Below, in pieces: positions 45,590 through 54,230 of a DNA stretch of 56,439 nt. Positions within the stretch are counted from its first letter, which is position 1, and the number at the start of each line of letters is the position of its first letter. Both the position numbers and the translations under genes were made by a program. Below the pieces are notes generated by a model that saw only the letters and a list, made by a program, of their open reading frames with translations, ran no database searches and was not told the origin of the DNA. Origin of the DNA: an uncultured virus (IMG/VR IMGVR_UViG_3300037225_000630) (lineage: Duplodnaviria; Heunggongvirae; Uroviricota; Caudoviricetes); IMG/VR virus record IMGVR_UViG_3300037225_000630; one strand, given 5' to 3'.

Positions 45590-47380
45590 TTATACCTTTG
45601 CTGGTTCAGGGGGGGCTATTTTATTTGCTTGAACTGTAGCCTTACTTGAACCTGCTGCTTTAGAATTTTTTAAAATATCATTACCCATATTTGTAGCTTT
45701 TAACATTTCTCGTAGGAGTTCATTCTGCTCTTCTAAAATAGATGTTGTACTCTTATCTGATGTGCTCATAGCAACATTTGCTAAACTATCTATAAACATA
45801 TTTAATTTATTAGTATGACTTCTATCTATTACGCTCTCTCCATCTTGTAAAGTAGCATTAACTTCACCTCCACTATGAAATTTATGAATCGCATTATCCT
45901 GTAATACTTGATCAAAAAATGAGGATTCAAAACCTAATTTACTATAAAGTTTACGCCCTGATTCACTGTTTTTAATTTTTTGCCATAAATTAGTTTTTTG
46001 GCTATCATCATCAAACATAAATTTTGCAGAAGGGGACATACTTGCATTAGATGAATACCAATAATTTCCTTGAGCATCCATCATCCAATAATTACCTGCT
46101 TGCTCGGGATTACCTACTCTTCTTTCATCTTCTTTTCTTTTAGCTTCTTTTGCTTTTAGGATTTCTTGATAAGTATTAATTTCAGACTTACTACCTGTTC
46201 CCATAATTGAGTTAGCATTTGATCCACTTATATCTACATCAGCAGCATTACCTGTAGCTATTGCTTTTTGTGCATTAGCCGTTTCAGACATACCAGAACC
46301 AGGGGTAGTAGTTATTCCCTTAGCTTTTAATGCTGCGATTTGCTCAGGAGTAAGACTTGCTAACGTAGCATCTCTTTCGTGTTGTCTTTTTTTTGTATCA
46401 GAAACAGCAGCACTTATTAGTAATGCTAGCCCAGCTACGCCAGCAATAATACCTAATGCAGGAAGGGCTACAGCTAATATTCCTGGGAGGGCAGCGCCTA
46501 TTGCAGTAGCAATTCCTGCACCGGCTAATAATCCTTCTATTCCTCCTCCCCCTCCCCCAGATTTCCAAGATGCATCTACCTGTGCTTTCCTTTGTATCTC
46601 TAGCATTTCTTTCAAATCGTGATGTAATAGTAATGGCGGGCCTGAAATTAAAAAAGGTAAGTGTGCTACTTCACCAGCAGAAACTTCTTCCTTGCCCTGC
46701 CCATAGGCTTCTAGGTGGAGACCTCCACCACCACCTCTACCACCATTAATTCTATCCATTTTCTTTTGGTAGCGACCTTTTCCTTTTTGAGGAGTAATTC
46801 CAGGGAGCCCACCACCACCACCAGAGGATTCATCTCCTCCACCATTCCCACCTACATTTTCTCCAAAATACCCCTTATCATAATATCCCACAAGGTTTCT
46901 ATGCCCAATACTATATGCATGATTTATATTTTCTGCGTTTTCATGGGCTCTTTCTTGCTTAGGCTTAAAGTTTCCACCCAATATTTTTGAGTATATCTCT
47001 TCCCCTAGTTTTCCTAAAAAGCCACTATCAACATTTTTTTGTAAGTCTTTTTTTTGTTGTCTATCTAAAGCAGCATTACCCTTTTTTATTATAGGACTTT
47101 CTGCTATGGCTTTCATATACTTTAGCATAGCTTGGAAATCTGTACCAAACTTTTCATCAAGTTTATCTTTAGTTTCCTGTCGTTTGAAATAGTCTTCTTG
47201 TAGTTTAAACATATTCTTAGCCGCATCTGGTTTCCCTCCTACAGCTAAAAACATATTTTGCATTATACCTGTATTCGTCTCCATTCTTTTATTGAGTTGA
47301 AGTATGGATTTATTTACTTCCTTTAAAAGGTCTTCAGTGGGGTTTTTTACTTTTGTAATACCACTCGGTATATCACTCAT
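45590..47380 (-). CDS. Tape measure protein
   Basis: Helical, Gly-rich linkers, hydrophobic AAL/GL segment, FHSGGEV.A.LQDGESVI; follows the chaperone genes. Confidence 0.7.
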   Translation of the reverse strand: MSDIPSGITKVKNPTEDLLKEVNKSILQLNKRMETNTGIMQNMFLAVGGKPDAAKNMFKLQEDYFKRQETKDKLDEKFGTDFQAMLKYMKAIAESPIIKKGNAALDRQQKKDLQKNVDSGFLGKLGEEIYSKILGGNFKPKQERAHENAENINHAYSIGHRNLVGYYDKGYFGENVGGNGGGDESSGGGGGLPGITPQKGKGRYQKKMDRINGGRGGGGGLHLEAYGQGKEEVSAGEVAHLPFLISGPPLLLHHDLKEMLEIQRKAQVDASWKSGGGGGGIEGLLAGAGIATAIGAALPGILAVALPALGIIAGVAGLALLISAAVSDTKKRQHERDATLASLTPEQIAALKAKGITTTPGSGMSETANAQKAIATGNAADVDISGSNANSIMGTGSKSEINTYQEILKAKEAKRKEDERRVGNPEQAGNYWMMDAQGNYWYSSNASMSPSAKFMFDDDSQKTNLWQKIKNSESGRKLYSKLGFESSFFDQVLQDNAIHKFHSGGEVNATLQDGESVIDRSHTNKLNMFIDSLANVAMSTSDKSTTSILEEQNELLREMLKATNMGNDILKNSKAAGSSKATVQANKIAPPEPAKV

Positions 47381-47384
47381 TATT

Positions 47385-47588
47385 TTATCCTATAGACATA
47401 GTATTTCTATGTCGGGAGTTATACTCCTCTTTTAGAGTATTATTTAGAAGATTCCATTGGAACATAAAAATATGAAATGGTAATTTCATAAGTGACTCTA
47501 TTGAATTAGCCGTTCTACTCGTCATAAGATAAATCATATCCATCAGGTTCTCTCGACTGTATGGCTTGAATAATATCATATGGTCGAA
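47385..47588 (-). CDS. Tail chaperone extension (+1 frame, gpGT-like)
   Basis: Open +1 frame overlapping the upstream gene from the TTT-CGA site; SIESLMKLP pattern. Confidence 0.6.
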   Translation of the reverse strand, partial: FDHMILFKPYSRENLMDMIYLMTSRTANSIESLMKLPFHIFMFQWNLLNNTLKEEYNSRHRNTMSIG

Positions 47589-48573
47589 AAGAATACCTCC
47601 TAGTACAGTTCTCACCTGTAATGGGATTTTTTACATGGATTTCAGGATCAATACCAAATTTCAAAGAATTATAATGCTTATTTATTTTAGCAGATATATT
47701 CACATCGAATTCTGGGCGTTTTAGAATTTGTACCTTCTCACTCAAAGGTAATCCAGATACATCCTCACCATTAAACTCCAATAAGTAAAGAGCTAACGTA
47801 GCATCAGCCAAATAGATATTCTTTTGTAGTTCGGCATTTTGCCACTCTAGATATTCCATTGTATCAAGATTAGGCAAAGTAGAAAGGTCTCTGTCTTGAT
47901 CAATATAAGTAGAGTACGTCTCTGATAACCTCTGTATCTTTGAATACTTCTTGTCGGATTCTTGAAATTTGTTCTGAACCTCTTTTCTTATAATGAGAAC
48001 ATCTCCATACTTTGGATAAGATATAAACTTTGCTTTTAGTAGAACCTTCCCTTCTTTATCTTTTTTAGTTATTGTAACAGTTTCCTTTACATTTTCATTT
48101 AGGCTATTTATAGTAACACAGGTTCGCAAATCTAAATCTATTCGTGGTATCCATAGCCCCTTCTGGAGTTGCTCTATTTTTTTTATATCTCCCTTTTCTT
48201 CTAGCCATGTAATATCACTTTCATTCCATGGAAATCGGACTTCAAAAAGTACGGGAGTAAAATAGTTGGCATATATTTGTACCAAAAGTTCAATAATAGT
48301 TTTTTCGGGCCAACTAGCAACGTCAACATCACCATACATAAGGGAATTCAAGACGGCTATAACTCTTTCAGGTAGAATATTCTCAGCAAGCATAGAAAGT
48401 GTTAAAATATCTTCAGTATTAAAATTTCTACAATAGACTACTTTAGGTACACCTAGTCTTCCATTTGTAGAAAGTTCAATAGGTAGATAAGAGAGGGGAA
48501 CAGAAGTTACTGGAATAGGAGATATTGGAGTTTTTAGAGTTTCCCTATCTAAATCTACTAAAGTTGGTTTCAT
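47515..48573 (-). CDS. Tail/baseplate assembly chaperone (gp26-like)
   Basis: PIELSTNG..RNFNTEDILTL, YPKYGD, KFGID..NPITG; true start MKPTL with SD GAGGAG. Confidence 0.65.
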   Translation of the reverse strand: MKPTLVDLDRETLKTPISPIPVTSVPLSYLPIELSTNGRLGVPKVVYCRNFNTEDILTLSMLAENILPERVIAVLNSLMYGDVDVASWPEKTIIELLVQIYANYFTPVLFEVRFPWNESDITWLEEKGDIKKIEQLQKGLWIPRIDLDLRTCVTINSLNENVKETVTITKKDKEGKVLLKAKFISYPKYGDVLIIRKEVQNKFQESDKKYSKIQRLSETYSTYIDQDRDLSTLPNLDTMEYLEWQNAELQKNIYLADATLALYLLEFNGEDVSGLPLSEKVQILKRPEFDVNISAKINKHYNSLKFGIDPEIHVKNPITGENCTRRYSFRPYDIIQAIQSREPDGYDLSYDE

Positions 48574-48614
48574 TTTGTCTCCTCTATAATTAGTAGAATT
48601 TTGCTTTTTTCTGC

Positions 48615-48643
48615 TTGACATTATGTATAGTGAATATTATACT
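48615..48643 (+). promoter_or_regulatory. Sigma70-type promoter
   Basis: TTGACA-17 nt-TATACT. Confidence 0.78.
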
Positions 48644-48661
48644 TATAGTAAGAGGAATGAT

Positions 48662-48985
48662 ATGGTAGTTCTAATCTTTATTGTATTACTTATTGGTATC
48701 TTTGTTTTCGCCAAGCTGAGGGATAGGAAGGACAGTACTGATACTATGTTCCCTCCTCAAGGTAAGGAATATACAAAAAGATTAGAAACGTATATGAAAA
48801 CAACCCGTTCCGCACTCTTACTCTATGACCAGTCAAATCATAGCCCTGAAATAGCTATGCTAACTTTGGAGGCGATGAGAAGAAATCTTATTGATGTAGC
48901 TCAAATCATGATGCAGCCCACAGAGGAAGAGCGGGATACTGCTATTGCTACTTTAATAAAACTTGGGTACCATAAAGGAGCGTAA
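48662..48985 (+). CDS. Membrane-anchored protein (paralogue 1)
   Basis: N-terminal TM helix; L..YM..TR.A...YD.S.H.P..A...LE.MR shared with the next gene. Confidence 0.75.
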   Translation: MVVLIFIVLLIGIFVFAKLRDRKDSTDTMFPPQGKEYTKRLETYMKTTRSALLLYDQSNHSPEIAMLTLEAMRRNLIDVAQIMMQPTEEERDTAIATLIKLGYHKGA

Positions 48986-48986
48986 T

Positions 48987-49364
48987 ATGATCACTTTAGG
49001 AACTGCTATCCCTGTCGTTTTGGTGTGGTTTGTTATTTTTTCACCCGCATGGATAATGCTTATCTGCAAAGGATGGCATTATCTCCGTATGGCTCAAACA
49101 ATGAAAAATCCAATTATATTGGATCATTTCCAGCTTCAAGAACAAAATAAAAAACTCAGAGAGTACATGGAACTTACTAGAAAAGCAGTGATGGAGTATG
49201 ACTCCTCTAAGCACGACCCTACTATGGCAGTAATGGCTCTGGAAACTATGCGACAACTCTTGAAGGAACGTAGTGTAGAGGTAGTGCCTACATACCAAGA
49301 AAAGAGTATGCTTAAAGAAATCATTATGAATCTTCAGAAGTATAAAGCAGCTAAAGGGATATAA
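48987..49364 (+). CDS. Membrane-anchored protein (paralogue 2)
   Basis: N-terminal TM helix; same shared motif. Confidence 0.75.
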   Translation: MITLGTAIPVVLVWFVIFSPAWIMLICKGWHYLRMAQTMKNPIILDHFQLQEQNKKLREYMELTRKAVMEYDSSKHDPTMAVMALETMRQLLKERSVEVVPTYQEKSMLKEIIMNLQKYKAAKGI

Positions 49365-49365
49365 T

Positions 49366-49596
49366 ATGCAAGCAAAAATTGGTGAACGAGTAGGTGCAAT
49401 TCTATCAGGAAATGATACAGAAGCAAGATTCTTTGGGTATGGAATTAGAATAGAAGATGAGATACCTAATGGTGCTGGAGGCTTGGGTGAGTTACTTGTA
49501 GAAATGCAGATAACTAACCCTACTATTCTTCTCGATTCTGGTGAGAAGGTATACGGTTGTGAGTGTTGGTGGGGTAAAGAAAGGGTATCGATTTAA
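49366..49596 (+). CDS. Conserved hypothetical phage protein
   Basis: GERVGAI..FGYG..NP.I.LDSG..VYGCECWWG. Confidence 0.7.
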   Translation: MQAKIGERVGAILSGNDTEARFFGYGIRIEDEIPNGAGGLGELLVEMQITNPTILLDSGEKVYGCECWWGKERVSI

Positions 49597-49610
49597 TCGA
49601 TACCCTTTTT
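49580..49610. terminator. Bidirectional terminator between convergent genes
   Basis: AAAGGGTATCGAT-TTA-ATCGATACCCTTT. Confidence 0.75.
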
Positions 49611-49612
49611 TA

Positions 49613-51238
49613 TTATCTTGATAAATGCAACTCTACATACGAGTTAGATAAAACATTAGATACAGATACTCTAACATAATTTGAAGGTGCTGTTAATGTA
49701 ATAGCGTTAGTAAGCCCATTTACTGTAGTCAAAGAGAGTGAGGAACCATAGACTAATGCTCCTGTCTGTTGCTCAATTGGAGTACCATCAGAGGTAGATA
49801 CTGTATAGGTTACATTGCTTGATTCTGTCCATAAAGTAATAGGAGTTCTGCCACCGATCCAAATATCATCCAAGTTTGTTACTAAGGAGCCAGCATTCAC
49901 TACCACAGCCTGATTAGAACCAGGGGTGGTCTGAGTAGCAGTATTGGAACCAGGAGTAGTAACATATGCATAAGCAGGGGTAGACACACCAGTAATCGTT
50001 CCCATTGAAACTGCTACACCAGCAATTGTAGCAGGGACTGTTCCTGTTAAAGTTACAATAGCGTTTGTCCTTGATGTAGTCCATGCCTCGCCTGAAGTTG
50101 TACCAGAAGCATAAGAAGTGGCTGCTACTTTTGTGGCTACTGTAGCAGGACTATCACCTAAAGATACTGTGGTAGCTTTACCATCTACAGTTATTGTAGT
50201 TCCAACAGCTACAACAGAACCTACAAATACTATATTTTGAACAGGTAGAATATCAGCATTACAAGTAACACCAGTTATTGAACCCATTGAAATTACTACA
50301 GGGGATATAAGCTTTGCTGTAGTTCCTGTCAATGTTACCGTAGTTAGAGTACCACCACCATTGGTTGGTGTCCATGTCTCACCAGAAGTACCACCAGTTA
50401 GAGAAGTAGCTACAACCGCATTGGCTACCTGTAATGGGGTATTACCGCCAGATACAGTTACAGAAATACCATCAACAGTGACAGTAGTTCCACCAGCTAC
50501 AGTAGTACCAGCGAAAGTAATAGTTTGGACAGGTAATACAAAGTTACTACATGTTACACCTGTAGTGGTTCCCATTGATACTATAATTCCTGCTACGGGT
50601 CCTGGAATCGTTCCAGTAAAAGTACACGTAGGCCCTGAAGCTAGTACAGTCCAGCCCTCACCAGAAGTGGTTGCTGAAGATACAAAGGAAGTGGCAGCTA
50701 CAGCAGCAGCAGCTTGTATAGGAGTAAAGCCGTTAGAGACAGTTACGTTTACGCCATCTACAACTATGGTAGTACCACCACCAGCAGTGGTACCTCCGAA
50801 GGTGATAGTCTGCACAGGATAATTTGAGTTAGGGCACGCAACACCCTGAACAAAGCTCATATCATAGAAAAGTATATTAGTTGCTGTTCCTAAAGCAATA
50901 GTAGGCTTTGAGATAGGCCCATAGGTAGTTGACTGAAGCTTCACAATAAAAGGATTGAATGAGTCAATACCTACATTAAATCCGGTAACTCCAAAAGATT
51001 TTATTTTTAATGCTACAGCCTGTGGAGATAAAACATCATTAGCATTCAATGTTATCGTAGTTCCTGCTATTATTATTGTCCCTGCTACAGGTATATCAGT
51101 AGGAGTAGTAGAAGTATAAGATGTTATTGGAATTACAGATGTAGAGTACTGTGTTGTAAATCGAATAGAAAACTGGTATACAGCTTGTGTACCATACTGT
51201 ATGCTAAAGTTTCTTCCCATATTCTGAATTAAAGCCAT
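49613..51238 (-). CDS. Virion surface protein with tandem ~100-aa beta-rich repeats
   Basis: Three PVQ.I.F.G...GTT..VDG..V..G.TP..A..VAATS..SGE.WT repeats; ACTAATT upstream. Confidence 0.75.
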   Translation of the reverse strand: MALIQNMGRNFSIQYGTQAVYQFSIRFTTQYSTSVIPITSYTSTTPTDIPVAGTIIIAGTTITLNANDVLSPQAVALKIKSFGVTGFNVGIDSFNPFIVKLQSTTYGPISKPTIALGTATNILFYDMSFVQGVACPNSNYPVQTITFGGTTAGGGTTIVVDGVNVTVSNGFTPIQAAAAVAATSFVSSATTSGEGWTVLASGPTCTFTGTIPGPVAGIIVSMGTTTGVTCSNFVLPVQTITFAGTTVAGGTTVTVDGISVTVSGGNTPLQVANAVVATSLTGGTSGETWTPTNGGGTLTTVTLTGTTAKLISPVVISMGSITGVTCNADILPVQNIVFVGSVVAVGTTITVDGKATTVSLGDSPATVATKVAATSYASGTTSGEAWTTSRTNAIVTLTGTVPATIAGVAVSMGTITGVSTPAYAYVTTPGSNTATQTTPGSNQAVVVNAGSLVTNLDDIWIGGRTPITLWTESSNVTYTVSTSDGTPIEQQTGALVYGSSLSLTTVNGLTNAITLTAPSNYVRVSVSNVLSNSYVELHLSR

Positions 51239-51289
51239 TATTATTCCTCTTTTCTAATTAGTTGCTATTTTAATAAAAACATCCTTATT

Positions 51290-53071
51290 CTAGGGGATAA
51301 GTTCATATACCATATTCCCACAATCCCAAATTCTATCATATCCATTTATTTGCATATTTTCCCATTCAGTTAGAGTGAAGTCAAATGATTCTAATTTTTT
51401 CTTGAGTTTATGTTTTTGAAACTGTACTCGTGAGCTACGATTAGTATAGTTTTTAGTATAATAATAATTAGGTAAAGAATCTTTAAGTTTTGTAAACCCT
51501 ACAGCTTCATACCCCTTACCATTAAATAATCTTTTATCGCAATAAGACACAATTGAACCTATATACCTTTTTCTGAAATATGATAGGAGTTTTGAGAGTC
51601 CCCCAATAACCTGACAGTCTGCTTTGGTTACATATCGTAATAGTTCCCATTCGGAATTTCTTCTATATCTTGCTTTTATAAAGGAAGCTAATGATATTAA
51701 TTCTTCCTTATTGTATAAACCTAAAACAATAAAAGATGGGTAATACCCTTGGATGTGATATGAGTCTAAAAAGACTCTTTCTATATTACTATCCACTATT
51801 TTTATTTTTAATTTACGAGCATGATACTTATTAGTAATGATACCAAGCTTACTTTTTAATAATGCCAATACTATATTTTTTTTCTGTATCCATTCATCTT
51901 CAAATATTTGTATAAGTTCTATACCTTTATCAGCACATAAATTAAGTTTATTAAGATGATAATTTTTATTTTTTCTTCCTGCTATTTCAGAATGCCAGTA
52001 TAGGCCATTAAACTCTATAGCAAGTTTCTTATCTGGTAAATATATATCAAGTTCTAACGGAGGTATTATACTTCTATCCGAACTTATAATATTTTTTATT
52101 CCCCACTGTTCCAAATAAGATTTTATCTCTATTTCAGAAGAGGATACTGAAGTCATTAAAGGATAACATTTTATACATCTGGGGATACGACCATCTTGCA
52201 AATGATACTCAAACTCATTGCCACACTCAACACATTTCCAAGTATAGGTGTATTCTGTTCCTTTGTAATTATTATAAGTAAAAAGAGGAATTACTTTACT
52301 ATCAGTTCTTTCACCAGATAGTATTTTTTCATAAAGCTTTTTAAATCTTTTCTCTATCTCTTTATTAATTATCTCTTTATTTTGTAATGCATGTTCTGTT
52401 CCATATACTTGTATCATTGTATTTTTAAACTTTTCAAAAAGTTCTTTATTCTGAAAAGCAAACTCTACTCCATACTTTTCTATCATTGTTTTTTTAGATT
52501 TATATGCTGTATTACCATGTAAGGGTGAAGAAGACCCATATCTCTCCATATTTGTTTTATTTGTCTTTTCCCTTATATCCTTATTTTTTTGTGGATTATC
52601 AACACCATAATTCTTCATCATTGTTTTTATTGACTTCTCTCTAAAATCTTTACGTTCAAAAGAACTTTTAGCCCCATAACGCTCTAAATTTGTTTTTTGA
52701 ACTTTACTTTGTATTTCTTTATTCTGTAAAGGAGCAACGCATCCATATTTTAGAAGGTTTGTATCTTTTCTTTTCTGTATAACCTCAGGGTCCCTTTTTG
52801 CGCAATCAGCACTACAATATTTAGAATATTCCCTATGACCCTGTACCCATATAACTTCTTTTCCACAAGAACACTTTAGGGGTTCTGTAAGGTTTCTATC
52901 AATAAGCCATATTCGTTGTAAAAATGTATAGTTACCCTTTATCAAAGATTTTAATCCATCAATATATTCTTTATATTTCAAAGACCTTACTTTGTTAGAA
53001 TCAATGATTCCTTTTTTATTTCTTAATACTGTATTTAACCAAATAATGAGTTCTTCTTTTGATAGTTCCAT
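51290..53071 (-). CDS. Hef-like homing endonuclease
   Basis: KTN..(K/R)YG repeats, ELDIYLPDKKLAIEFNGLYWH nuclease motif, IVSYCD..RIWDCG C-terminal domain. Confidence 0.85.
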   Translation of the reverse strand: MELSKEELIIWLNTVLRNKKGIIDSNKVRSLKYKEYIDGLKSLIKGNYTFLQRIWLIDRNLTEPLKCSCGKEVIWVQGHREYSKYCSADCAKRDPEVIQKRKDTNLLKYGCVAPLQNKEIQSKVQKTNLERYGAKSSFERKDFREKSIKTMMKNYGVDNPQKNKDIREKTNKTNMERYGSSSPLHGNTAYKSKKTMIEKYGVEFAFQNKELFEKFKNTMIQVYGTEHALQNKEIINKEIEKRFKKLYEKILSGERTDSKVIPLFTYNNYKGTEYTYTWKCVECGNEFEYHLQDGRIPRCIKCYPLMTSVSSSEIEIKSYLEQWGIKNIISSDRSIIPPLELDIYLPDKKLAIEFNGLYWHSEIAGRKNKNYHLNKLNLCADKGIELIQIFEDEWIQKKNIVLALLKSKLGIITNKYHARKLKIKIVDSNIERVFLDSYHIQGYYPSFIVLGLYNKEELISLASFIKARYRRNSEWELLRYVTKADCQVIGGLSKLLSYFRKRYIGSIVSYCDKRLFNGKGYEAVGFTKLKDSLPNYYYTKNYTNRSSRVQFQKHKLKKKLESFDFTLTEWENMQINGYDRIWDCGNMVYELIP

Positions 53072-53092
53072 TTCGGATACTTCCCTATAATT

Positions 53093-53121
53093 AGTATAAG
53101 GGTTTTTTCATGTTTTGTCAA
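53093..53121 (-). promoter_or_regulatory. Sigma70-type promoter overlapping ACTAATT
   Basis: TTGACA-17 nt-TATACT. Confidence 0.7.
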
Positions 53122-53125
53122 TAGC

Positions 53126-53155
53126 AATAAAAAACCCTATCCGAAGATAGGGTTT
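53126..53155 (-). terminator. Rho-independent terminator
   Basis: AAACCCTATC-TTCG-GATAGGGTTT followed by TTTATT. Confidence 0.8.
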
Positions 53156-53174
53156 AGTTCAAACAATACTAAGA

Positions 53175-54140
53175 TTACAGGGATTTTTTTAGCCCTTTTT
53201 TTGTTATCCTCATAAATATTCTAGATAGTTTATTTATTATCTCTTCATCACTTTTTCTATCATCTATAGAGAGATAAATATAATCTTTCATGGCTTGATA
53301 CTTTATTTCTTGCTCCCTCAACTGGGACTTTTTTGTTCGTTTACTATCATTCTCATAATGAGTCCTATCCTCCCATTCTATTATTACTTTGAGTTTGAAG
53401 TTAATATAATCTAAAAAATAACCATATTGGGGTATTCTATATTCACCCCCGCCAGATTCAGCAAAAAAAGAATCTTTAGATGAAATAAACCCAAATTTTT
53501 TATCTAATTGTTCAAATATGCTACAAGCCCGAGAAGAATAATTAGGAAAACAATTACCATTATTTTTTATCACTCTTTCTATAGTATACTCTCTTATTTT
53601 CTGTCTTACTTCAGGTATTCTTGATGGGTTATCAACTCCATACTTATTATAAAGACTGCTTTTAATTTTATTTTGAATGCTAATATCCTGAGTAGTATAG
53701 TTAACCCCATACTTTTCTTGGTTGGTTTTTCTTATTTTATTCATTCTTAATGGATCATTATGAACATGTACCATAACACACTTTTTGCTACAAATATGCC
53801 GCCCTGACCATCTCTTATCTGTATCATGTCTATTCCTATATAAAGTATTACCACAAACTATACATGTTTTTGTTTCTTCCATCCTGGATTGAAATAAAGA
53901 TTCTTGTCTTTGATGCCCTAGAGTAACAGCACAACTTCTGGAGCAGCACTCTTTTTTACTACTTTTCTTTTTAACAGTGAAAATAGTATCACATACCAGA
54001 CAAATACGTTCTTGACCCTCCTCTTTCCTTATCTTACTTATATACTTGTTTCTACATTCATAGGAACAAGTCTTGCTTTGATCCTTCTTAAGAAGTTTAC
54101 CACAAATATCACAGCATCTTTCCATATCCTTATTCTCCAT
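53175..54140 (-). CDS. Putative homing endonuclease (Zn-finger repeats plus PD-(D/E)xK-like domain)
   Basis: Three CxxC..CSxxC units, KTNQEKYG repeats, GEY..YFLDY..IIEWED..H. Confidence 0.8.
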   Translation of the reverse strand: MENKDMERCCDICGKLLKKDQSKTCSYECRNKYISKIRKEEGQERICLVCDTIFTVKKKSSKKECCSRSCAVTLGHQRQESLFQSRMEETKTCIVCGNTLYRNRHDTDKRWSGRHICSKKCVMVHVHNDPLRMNKIRKTNQEKYGVNYTTQDISIQNKIKSSLYNKYGVDNPSRIPEVRQKIREYTIERVIKNNGNCFPNYSSRACSIFEQLDKKFGFISSKDSFFAESGGGEYRIPQYGYFLDYINFKLKVIIEWEDRTHYENDSKRTKKSQLREQEIKYQAMKDYIYLSIDDRKSDEEIINKLSRIFMRITKKGLKKSL

Positions 54141-54174
54141 ATGTATAGTTAGTATGTAGAAGAGGAATAAGTAT

Positions 54175-54205
54175 AAAAAGAGAGAGAGTTTCCTCTCTCT
54201 CTTTT
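54175..54205 (-). terminator. Terminator after the major capsid gene
   Basis: AAAAGAGAGAGAG-GAAA-CTCTCTCTCTTTT. Confidence 0.8.
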
Positions 54206-54230
54206 ATATTTGTTCAATTCAGATTAAGGA

